Source of the DNA: Basidiobolus ranarum
Lineage: Eukaryota
Assembly: GCA_040143965.1 (NCBI GenBank)
Contig: JASJQH010000072.1
Coordinates: forward strand, 1-33,637
DNA length: 33,637 nucleotides
Direction: 5' to 3'
The translations under genes were made by a program, and so were the position numbers. A model generated the notes under the pieces. That model made no database searches. It saw only the letters and a program-made list of their open reading frames with translations, and was not told the DNA's origin. Below are positions 1 to 10,060 of the stretch, piece after piece (position 1 is the first letter of the stretch; each line of letters starts with the position of its first letter).

Positions 1-419
1 CTAAGTAAATTCCGATTGAGAATAATTGATAATATCTTAGTGAATTATAAGATAACTAAGTACTAAGCTATATATGACTATATAGGTGTTTAGGCAATGC
101 TAATTTCAACAGTAATTGTGTAACATTTGAGTTACGATTTTCACCCATGTGTTGATCCATAGTTCTCTGAGATTGTAGCTAATCATGCACAACTATTTTG
201 TTAGATCTTGAAATTCCACTCCTGAAACTGAAAAAATTGATTAAAATCAAATCTAACTTGATGATTTTATGATGGTAAGCAAATGGTCAATCCCAAATGG
301 ATTAAAATTGTGATGGTTTTCCTACAATAACCATCCTCAGATTTCTGTTAGGGTTTATTTAGATTAGTATTTAAGCTAAATAAAGTCCACACCATCTGGT
401 GCTTTTTGTCCCCCCTAAT

Positions 420-1025
420 ACCATCTACAGTGATTGCCTCATTGCAAGTAAGGAGTATTCTGTGACTATCCCTAGCACAGCTGGCTCTAGTAAGAATGTG
501 GTCTTTGCCTGGGTATGGATCAATAAAATTGGCAATTGAGAGTACTACATCAATTGCACTGACATTGAGATTCAAGGATCTAATGTTGGTTTTATTGCTG
601 GACCTAAACTCTTGGTTGTCAACCTTCCAGGATATCCTACTGTTCCTGAATTCCCTCAAGATGGGCCAAATGATGGTTGCAAATCATTAGCTGCTTGGCC
701 AACCATTACTATTCATCCTAATGGAAAAGATATACCTACAACCACAAGTACTACATCTACCACAATCCCTGAACCATCAACCAAAACCCCAAAACCCTCT
801 CCAACCACAAGCACCAAGTCTACCAGAATTTTAGAACCCTCTACAGGTCCTACCTCCACTCCAGGAGCAGTTATATGTAAAAGCTTTCTGGCATGGAACT
901 CTATAGCTAGTTATAAAGGAGCCCAAAAGGTGACTTACAAAAAACATTTGTGGCAGGCAAAATGGTGGACTCAGAAGGAAACACTGGAAACTAGCCATGT
1001 TTGGACCAATTTAGGCGCCTGCTAA
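420..1025 (+). pseudogene. Degraded AA11-type lytic polysaccharide monooxygenase (C-terminal half) + Thr/Pro linker + CBM5/12 (ChtBD3) chitin-binding domain
   Basis: The frame from 420 reads TIYSDCLIASKEYSVTIPSTAGSSKNVVFAWVWINKIGN*EYYINCTDIEIQGS...PKLLVVNLPGYP, matching the AA11 FAWxWxNxIGNRExYxNCAD motif but with an in-frame TGA at 537-539. A T/P/S-rich linker follows, then C-x-AW...Y...KVTYKKHLWQAKWWTQ...W..LGAC (CBM5/12). No signal peptide or N-terminal His-brace half is recognisable upstream of 420. Confidence 0.8.
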
Positions 1026-1545
1026 TCATGCATACTTGATATATGATGACTTGATAAAATAAACATTTTTGAGTTTAATAATGGATTCAATTTTTGGTAA
1101 GAATACTTAGATTGATGGATAAGCAATTAGAGTTCCAGGTTTGTGATGATATTTTGCATATTATAAGACCAGAGCCTGAGTTTAATGCCCTTCAATGCGC
1201 TTCTCCAAATATGATTACTCTTTAGCATCTGGATGTCCACTCTAACCCAGACTTTGATTTCAAAATATGCTCAAGAATTTCTATTCCTATATTATTTATC
1301 ATAGTATACTACCTCTGCATAACTTAAATCAACAAGAAACGTGTCCAAAACATTTTTAGGAATTAATCTTTGGACTACGCTAGTCATCCATTTCATACCA
1401 ACTTCATTTAAGGTAGAACGCAAGAACATCCAATAAGTCAACGAGTGCGTGACTAAGCTATGTTATCTATCAGTGTCAACGAATGCGTAACTGAGCTATA
1501 TAAAAAGGAAATTCTTTCCAGCTTATAAGAACTAAATTTGTAAAG

Positions 1546-1806
1546 ATGCAATTGAAGCAACTAAGCGTAATTGTTACTAGCGTTATTTCAGCAGCTACTC
1601 CAAATGATGTCTGCCAATATGTGTTTGCTCCTGCTAGCCTCGCCAGCACGCTTATTCGCTCTGAGATATTTGACTTATACCTGACCAGCGTCGTGGAGGC
1701 TAGCAAAGACCCTACTTCACTGGATGATGCCCATGGCAAAGACTTTAACCAAGTCATAACTAGCGAATCAGGTGTCAATAGTTCATTCATTAGGTGGGCC
1801 CTGTAA
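1546..1806 (+). CDS. Possible small hypothetical protein or gene remnant (86 aa)
   Basis: ATG-started ORF about 45 nt downstream of TATATAAAAAGG (~1497-1508), with a weakly hydrophobic N-terminus. No recognisable family. Confidence 0.25.
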   Translation: MQLKQLSVIVTSVISAATPNDVCQYVFAPASLASTLIRSEIFDLYLTSVVEASKDPTSLDDAHGKDFNQVITSESGVNSSFIRWAL

Positions 1807-2471
1807 TGAAATAAATTCCAATTCTCATCCTGAATTGCGTACACTAATCTCATCTAGACCCTTTTTAGCTTGACCCTAAAATGAAATTGGTTGGTAGTTG
1901 AAATGGTGCTTTAATGGCCCTAGTTAAGTCAATTATTGAATAATTCCAACTCTTTACCGCAGTCAATATATAATGTTAGAAATCAAAACTCAGTGAGTTG
2001 TCCTGGAAGTTAGCCATTGATTAGTGACGACGAATTTGATCGTTCTATGTAAAATTAATTGGTAAACTTTTAAGTGCAAATTTTATGACGTTTGGAGTGT
2101 GAACATAATTGGTCTAAATTCTAGTTGAACTGACGCAGCTCATTCTAGAATAGTACCCAAACCTGACTCACATATGACTGCGGCAATATGTCAAGTCGAC
2201 AGTACGACTGGTGAATTGGAGGTTAATTATGTATATATAGTGAGGATATCCCTCTAGCTTTCCTCCTGTCGCTCCTACTTTACTCTAATCTCACAACGAC
2301 GAAGCAATCCCGAAGCTGCAGGAAACAACGCGCGAAGTCCAACATAAGAAGTATCCCAAACCCACTCCAGTAAGATCCACCAGCAATAATATACGCCCGT
2401 AGTAAGCAAACAAATCAATCCTCCCTGAAAAAACTTAACCCGACCTCACCTCACTCGAAAGACTAGCAAAC

Positions 2472-2899
2472 ATGGTAAGTCAAGCACTATTTTCAGATTG
2501 ACATACAAATAGAAAAGACATGGATAAACCTGTTGTATGTGATACAACATGTTATGGAATGGTTTATAATAGAATACGAAGTGAAGCAGTGACGCATTGA
2601 ATGAGAGACACTAATATTTGCACTTTATTTTGATACAACGAAAATTTTAGTTGACTCTTGATATCCTCAATCCCAGCGTTGAAACCCAGAAGCGCACACA
2701 CAAGCTCAAGCAATTAGTTGCCGCACCAAACTCGTACTATATGGATGTGAAGTGTGCAGGATGTGTGAATATCAGTACAGTGTTCAGTCACTCCGATACG
2801 GTAGTATCATGCAATCGATGCGATACAATTCTGTGCCAACCCACTGGTGGCTTAGCAAGACTTACCGAGGGTTGTTCCTTCCGCAAGAAGAAGTTTTAA
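2472..2899 (+). CDS. RPS27: 40S ribosomal protein S27 (eS27); join(2472..2474,2651..2899)
   Basis: ATG|GTAAGT donor at 2475, ACTAAT branch and TTTTAG acceptor at 2650. The protein has HKLKQLV..[13 protein letters not shown]...CxxC...[16 protein letters not shown]. Confidence 0.97.
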
Positions 2900-3576
2900 C
2901 ATAACCAGGATTACTGAATCCGGAATAGATATAGACCGTAATCATTTATTCCAGAATATGAAGTAAAATCAATAATAAACATACATCTATTCTATTTTTA
3001 AAACATTCAAATCAATTTAGAAGATATTCATGAAAAGAATGGCAATCAAACGTCGAAGGATATTTAAGAAAAAAGTTAATATCCCAGAATCTTGGGTACC
3101 TAACTAGCTACCTTACTAACCTGAAGATTTAATATGAGCACACAGATTGCACATAGTAAATTACCTAAGTGAAAATGGCTAAAACACTAGGTATATTTGC
3201 TTACTACGATCCCAATTTCCCCCAAAATGTAGATGGTGGAGGGGTACTATGACAACAACGAGTTGACTTGCTAAAAAGACGCATCTAAAGACTATTGCCC
3301 AGAAATTCTGGCTGATTTGATTTCTGAGGTCCTCTATATTGGAAATGAAAAGACTTGACTTGATTCATTTTTAGCCCAGTATTGACAATATAACGTAGAA
3401 AAAAGCCGCTAATGAATTCAGCCAATCAAGCATCATCGAATAAGTATATTGTGCCATCAAAATTCAAATAGAACTAAACTAAGCAATTAATGAGTACAAC
3501 AATAAGCGGCCTGACACAAGGTATGTGAGAAAAAAGGAATAAAACAAGCACTTCTTTTCAGTTCTCTATTCAAGAA

Positions 3577-4516
3577 ATGGATGCCAGCAATACAGTTTTC
3601 ATAAGCGAACATGCTCCTACTGCTACTGAGGTCCTGCGGTCTTTAACAGCAATTTATACTACTTCTCATATAGACAGTTTTGTTGTGTTTCCCTCTGTTG
3701 GACCTGCTAAGCGGGTGAAAAATGTTGCCTCATTAGGGTATCTTTCGCTATTTCAGCTAGAAATGTTGATGTAGCGCGAATCGAGAGAACGCTAATTGCA
3801 ACATATGATGCTAGCTCGGATATTGTAACTGAAAGAATCGAATCCCAACTTTCACTTCCAAGAACTCTGTGATACTGATTGACAGTGATCAGGGCCAATT
3901 TACGGCAACCACTTATTTGTTACCGAGGTCGGCATTTAATGGTCAATCGAAGAAGAGAGGAATACTTTGGCCTTATCAATGGTGCATTGTGCCACATTTG
4001 GTCTTCAATAATGAAAGTACGTTGTTGGCATCTTGCTATACAATTAAAAATGGCCAGTGGCTCCATAGTACTAGTAACGTTCGCCCACCCTCTCCATTCA
4101 GTGCCTATTTATTAGCACTCCCTACAGCCAGTCTGGGACTTCAAAATTGGCCCAACAAATTGGAGTTTATCCAAAGGGATTTTGCTGCGATGACCTTGGG
4201 TTGTCATTGGTTACGGCAGTTCAGTGCTTTGGATAAGATAATTTTAACAATAATCAAAATAAGCAGAGAAGTAGCAAAATTTGAAGAAATCAGAGTGGGG
4301 AGTGCAATGAACTTTGCATTCCTTCTTCCTCCACCACAAGGTGAGCGAGCACCTGGCATTGAAGGTGATATCTATTTGCCTATTGTGGCGCCTAAGCCAG
4401 TCTATGGATCCCATGAGCAGTTACTGAGTGGAACTGAGCTGGGTTGGTTGGCTATGGATGAGGTCAATATCAATACTGATGGATCATATTTAATAGGTTG
4501 GGCTGGTCTCTATTGA
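3577..4516 (+). CDS. Hypothetical protein; tentative join(3577..3737,3815..3824,3893..4516)
   Basis: The 65-aa and 215-aa ORFs join in frame via two GT-AG introns (3738-3814 with GCTAAT branch; 3825-3892) flanking a 10-nt exon. No recognised domain. Confidence 0.45.
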
Positions 4517-5731
4517 TGTTAGGGATTCATAGAATCTTTTTTATATATGCCCAAGCCTGTTCGCATTGATTAAAGAAATGAATACAGTGTATTTGAAAAT
4601 TGATGATGATTCAATTTTTTCTCACCAGATCTTAATCAGTGGGAAAATAATGAAAACTTCACCAGCAGTGTCCTCAACCTAACATCGCTCTTAGATAATC
4701 CAATGTGTACCTTAGTTAAGTGATTGTAAATCTCAAGTGGTATTATATCAATCAACTCTTCTGAAATAGAGAAATATCCCTTTTTCAGGCCATAGTTTAT
4801 TGATATCTTGGTGATTTACAAATAAAACTCAAATGAACATAAGCACAATACAAGTTCCTTAGGAACTAGATTTCAAGGCTTAAGGAAAGAAATTAGAAAG
4901 TCAACTGCTTGTGATATTAGGGTGAGATGACCTAGCCATACTCTATCCCATATTGTTCGTAGAGTTGTTGATTTGGTGGCTGTGTATTGCTTTATGACAC
5001 CTGCTCTATAGTGATCATTGCTTCTCATTCATTAGCATATTAGAATGGATTTGCGTGTTACACCCGAGTGCTGTTTCTAATTGCTATATTTCTGTGCCTT
5101 CAGTTCAAGATGCACAAAGTATTTCTATGGTCCTCTAGTAATAAGCATTTGAAGCATTCCCTGACACATGGTACATGACTCTAACTAAACTAGCTCTAGG
5201 GTTGTAGCTAGAAAGAATGTGCTTAGAGTCACATTTCCCTGCTTCTTTGAACTAGGCTAATGATACAGATGTTCTAAGGCTCAGGGATGGGTTCACTCAG
5301 GAATGGATCAACTACTTGTGATGGTATCCCTGTTACACTGTGATTAGTACTGATCTAAGCTCTCGCTACATTGTTTATCCCACTGAAAATCTATAGTTTA
5401 GAGGGAGCGAAGAATTATACCCTATTTCCAATATTATCCCATTCGCGACTTCAAATATCTTGGCCCTGGAATACTAAATTACCGAGATCAAGGGATATAC
5501 GTGCAATTCGATAATTCCATCCTAATTAGGGCCTTTATAAGTGTTCTGGTTTACGTTGGACGAAGGTTCTTGGAGAAACAGAACAAGTCCTTCTCTATTC
5601 TAGATTTTAGCTTTGCCACTTGGAATATTTTAGTTCATTCCGTTACCTATTAATAATCTTTCACCCGACCTTTTGCTTTCATCCCGTGTGAGCATTTAAC
5701 CGATTCGACCAGTTACGTGTAGAAAAACAAC

Positions 5732-7334
5732 ATGAATGGACAAGAGGAACCCAAAATTCCCCATAAAACTGAAGACGTGCAAACGATTTTAAAAGAGACT
5801 GAAGTGAATAACACTTCTAAAACAGTCGATTCTTCACAAAAAACCCTTGAAAGTAGTCAGGCTGAAACCAAATCTCAAACCACTGACCACGTAAATGGTG
5901 ACATTTTGTCGAACAGTAGTGTTCCGAATACTCCGGAGTTATCTAACTCTCAAATGACGCCATGTTCCTCTCGTGGTGGGTCTCCTAGTCCCTCTACAAA
6001 AGATTCTCTCTCAGTAAGTAAAATAAATCGAGTTCTCCTTGTGAACCACTTTTTGGAGCTAAGGGAATATATACTTTTAGGAGATAAGCGAAGATAGTGA
6101 TAGTGAACTGTCGGAAGCCAGTATTGGAGGCTCTGCTTCTTCTGATGAGAGCGGTAATTTACGCCTTTCGCCAATAATTGTCACAATATAGACACGTATT
6201 TATGTGAACTACCCCTCACCAATGGCTTTGTTCCATATAGATGCAGAAAAAATGTCAGTTACTGACGGTAGTGATTCTTCTGACGATGATAATGTCAAAT
6301 CACTCAAGCGTCTGCACCGCGACGGAATGAAACGACTCATAGAGTTGAACCAGGAATTTGAGACGTTAAAATCCAGGTTTCTAGCTCCTTACGCGTTACG
6401 AAATACTTTTCTCTACTCTAACACGTTATTCAGGTTAATGGAGTCCAAAATTGAGGATTTAGAGAATGAGAAGAAAGAAATATTGGATGGTGAACACCCA
6501 GAATACCGCGAACAACAAGCTCAACTAGAAGAGCGTTTAAGAAAGCGACGAAAGGTTGCCGAAATACGCAAAGAATATCGAAGCTTTGACATTCAAAATC
6601 AATATGATGGCGCCAAAAAACAAGCTACCGATACACTCATAGTAATCGAGAGTTTTACTGTGTTTACGAAATGAACTTCACCACTAATTCATCTTTGCAA
6701 CAAGGCAGAGAAAGCTATCCTTCGCCAATCATTCATGGACTTAATTCAACGAAAGAAGCGACTACTTCAAAAGGAATTCAATGCTCTAGAAGAACAACGT
6801 AATTTGATTTCCTCCAACTCGCCCTTATCCTTACCCTTATCCTTACCCTTACCCTTCATCGAGATACTCACCCATGTTCTCACCAAACTTTAGGAGAAGA
6901 ATCCAAGGTCTACGGTGGCGTATTCGTCAATCATTCATCAGCAGATATCCTTTTACTTCAATTTTATAAGCAATGATCACTGTTCTGGTTAGTCAATCTT
7001 GGTTAGTCAATCCTTAATCCGCTTACATCCCGCACCTTCAGGATTAAAAAGGCTAGAAGCTCAGCAAGATCTATCAGTTATGCGAATCTCATCGTTACTT
7101 AATACGGAGAACGAGGATGACATGTCTCAAGCGAATTCATACTCAGACCAGGAGCGTTCTCAAGACATGTTTGTAAGCTTCGTCAAGTCGCGAAACTTGG
7201 AATCATACCCGTGCTCCAGCTCACAAACTTAGGCTGAGAATCCATAGATACGAGGGCAGAGAAGGACTCGTATCAATTACAATCACAACCTCCATACCCT
7301 TCCTTTCCTCCCCTCTCCTCGCCTCCCCTATTAA
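5732..7334 (+). CDS. Sds3-like (Sin3/Rpd3L HDAC complex) coiled-coil protein; exons 5732-6013, 6081-6153, 6241-6376, 6434-6641, 6705-6798, 6894-6944, 7027-7172, last exon 7248-7334 (or 7233-7247)
   Basis: Acidic/Ser-rich N-terminus, then LNQEFETLKSRLMESKIEDLENEKKEILDGEHPEY...LEERLRKR (Sds3-like pattern) and a C-terminal GLKRLEAQQDL..M motif. Frame is continuous using GT-AG introns plus one AT-AC intron. The last exon is uncertain. Confidence 0.8.
6822..6856 (+). repeat. Intronic hexamer microsatellite (CCTTAY)n
   Basis: cccttatccttacccttatccttacccttaccctt lies within intron 6799-6893. Confidence 0.85.
6945..7026 (+). other. U12-type AT-AC intron in the Sds3-like gene
   Basis: 5' site ATATCCTTTT at 6945, branch TCCTTAAT at 7011-7018, AC at 7025-7026. 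Removal gives G|AT (Asp) and restores the frame. Confidence 0.85.
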
Positions 7335-7581
7335 TGTACAGTAGATCTACCACTTGTTCATGACTAGTTTTGTTAGATTTTTAATTTGATGAATTTGTAT
7401 GTTTACAACCATAAACTTTTAAAAACCACCCAGCCCTACTTAGTGATACCCTTCCTACCCTTCCCTTTTCTTTATCCAATTCTGAACAGACAACAATTTA
7501 TATGCTAATGAATCTTTATCACTTGTTAAGTAAAAAAAATAGGTGTAGGAAAGAAAAGAAAATTCGTCAATTGAGGGGAGT

Positions 7582-7926
7582 TTAAGCCAAAGTTGGTCCA
7601 TCGCCTGAGATACCCAACAATTTCTTTCGGATATCCTTGTAACAATATTTGCAAATATGGTGCATGAGTTTAGGACGTCCGCAGGAGTGGCAACGCATGA
7701 TATTTGTAATGTTTTTCAGAGCTTTGTTGGAAGCACGCATACGTTTCTTTGAGTGAGAGGTCTTCTTCTTAGGGACGGCCCACAGAATGGAACCAATTAA
7801 TTCACTGATGGTTTGTGCACCAACGCCTATAGCTCTAACACCAATGCTCAAGGGCTGAGCGACGGCGGGGCTAATGCGAAGTACATTTGAGCGAAACAAA
7901 GTCAACAATCCGGTTCTGGTAGCCAT
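7582..7926 (-). CDS. MRPL32: Mitochondrial ribosomal protein L32 (bL32m), probable 5'UTR intron 7931-8084
   Basis: Presequence-like N-terminus, then AVPKKKTSHSKKRMR and a CxxCGRPKLMHHICxxC zinc ribbon. AG|GTAAGA donor at 8084 and TTTAG acceptor at 7931 sit just before ATG 7926, so the ORF-track start at 7944 is probably intronic. Confidence 0.92.
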   Translation of the reverse strand: MATRTGLLTLFRSNVLRISPAVAQPLSIGVRAIGVGAQTISELIGSILWAVPKKKTSHSKKRMRASNKALKNITNIMRCHSCGRPKLMHHICKYCYKDIRKKLLGISGDGPTLA

Positions 7927-8362
7927 AATTCTAAATATCTTCATAAAAGCAAGTCAGAAAAGCATGAAACAACAACAAAGGCAAGACAAGATCTACTCAG
8001 CCGTTGATAGCGTTTACTTCTTTCGTCTAAACCTCTGAACAACGGTATATTGTACTAATAACTGCCTGATAGAGTGTTTCTTACCTATGGATAGCTCGGC
8101 TTGTAAAAGGCTAAAATCAACCAAGAAGAGTACCAGTACGACTATTGATGGAAGTTCAAACTTTTTCCCAATCACACATTAGTGTGTAAATTTTTCCTTA
8201 CTACCCCAACCCCATTTCGCATCAGTATCCGATAGAATCCCATGATTAATATCTCTTACAATTTCATGATTAAAAAGATTGACATATTTGGATAAATAAT
8301 TGGAGAACAAATGAAGGTTATTTTATTTCCTTAGTTAATGTTGATTGATGCATGTTTAAGTT

Positions 8363-9514
8363 TTACATAGGTTTTTCGTGAACCTTGCAGTAAATCTGCC
8401 ATTTGGTGCCTGCTTGTGAGATCATTCGTTGGAAGACAATATATTCCAAGATATCTTGAGTTTGTTTGCGATCACCACCAATTACTTGGCCTTTCTTGTT
8501 GTGCACCACCATACCCTATGATAAAGTAAAATCAATGATCGGTAAGATGCTCTTGTATGGATCAATATCTGGATCTTACTTGTTTGGAGTGAATTCTAAC
8601 TGTAGCTTGGGCGAGGATCATTTTATCGGCAAGACGACCGAAGCGAAGGGTCACCAAGCGAGGGCTCTCCACATCTCCTTTGGTGAACCACTTGTAAGTA
8701 CCGGTTCTTCCTTTCATCTGACTCTTGAGTTTCTATGGAGTAGATAGGAAGTAAGTATACATAGCGATAAGAAAGGCTTGGAGCTAACGTTAACATACAG
8801 CAAACATGGTTTCGGTGCAGACTTCCTTTAAAGCATTTAAATCACCACTATTTACATGGATAAAATATTAATATACGTCCGATCGGCATCAAATGAAAGC
8901 AAATCTAAATACCTAGCAAATGCAGTATTCATTTCATTATAAAGCTCTTCAGCTTCCTGAACGAATTGCTTAGGTTTGAAGCCTTTCACGTGGAATTTGA
9001 CCATACCAACACTATGGGTAAAGAGAGATTAATGGATTTCTTCGAAATATATCGAACCATCTATATAAGCCTAAATAGGTATCAAAATACGTGAAAATCT
9101 AGATATTCTTTACCCAAGAGTTGATAAAACTGTATTTTTCCAGTGGGCCATGGAGACCTTCCAACCCTTCTTGCTGAACATAGTAGGACGATCTTTACGT
9201 TGAAGTGGTACGAATTCGTCTAGAAGAAAAAAATTTCTTTAGTTTTCCTGTTGTATAGAGCCTCGTGAGAGTCCCAATAAATAAACGAACAGCTTACCCA
9301 AAACTCCATAGTCACGAATAATCACTCTCATGTTAAATCTATCTTGTGGTGAAGAGTAATGTCTAACCAAGAGGGACTGAGCGGGAACCATAGTACGTGA
9401 AGCAACTTGTTTGAAAGCTTGATAACCTGGCAACATGGCAAGTGGTGAAGTATTCATACTTTGAATACCGACCGAACGAATACCAACCGTACTGAAATTC
9501 TTTAAGAGGGACAT
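8363..9514 (-). CDS. Tim44-like domain mitochondrial protein, Mba1/mL45 (MRPL45) family; exons 9298-9514, 9114-9219, 8913-9011, 8799-8847, 8580-8732, 8363-8515
   Basis: Mitochondrial presequence-like N-terminus. The spliced product contains YNEMNTAFA.GDLNALKEVC, QATVRIHSKQ and EYIVFQR...WQIYCK, typical of Mba1/mL45. Five GT-AG introns are in frame. Confidence 0.85.
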
Positions 9515-10060
9515 GTTATTCCTGCTACTATCTCTAACAACGGTTCAGTTCAATAACTAACTAACTCGATAAAACTCTGGCCTTCTTAACCTTTTCCTTA
9601 ATTTACTACTGATGATGGTTGGAAATTTTCCAATCAAGAATGCCAAAAATTTTCCTTTCCTTTACCCTTCACCTCCGATACTTTATTAAATGATCGGTCT
9701 CGATCAATAATTCAATGGAGATATCGATCATTTCCCAGACAACCATTCTTCCCCACATAAATGGCGAACATGATTTTATGCATACAAAACAATAATAAAT
9801 AAGCATATTATCGAATACGAACGCAGAAAGTATTTATTGAGAGAGGGTGGGCTATGTGAACAGAGAAAAAGAAATCTTCTTGAGAAAGTGGACATAACTG
9901 TTTAAAAAGAAAACCAAGTAAATTGGGGAATTCAATACAATTTGAATGCATTAGTTCCACTCTAATGTTACTGGTAAACTAATCGGAAAGTAGTACGGGG
10001 TGGATTTTACTAGGATCGGATATGATGTCATATGGGATTGATTGAACCTTCTTAGTTTCC

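Noticed and set aside
6986-7013. 14-bp duplication that looked like a frameshift in the Sds3-like gene
   Set aside because: It falls inside the AT-AC intron 6945-7026, so the gene is not disrupted.
8466-8747. 93-aa plus-strand ORF
   Set aside because: Antisense to the Mba1/mL45 exons.
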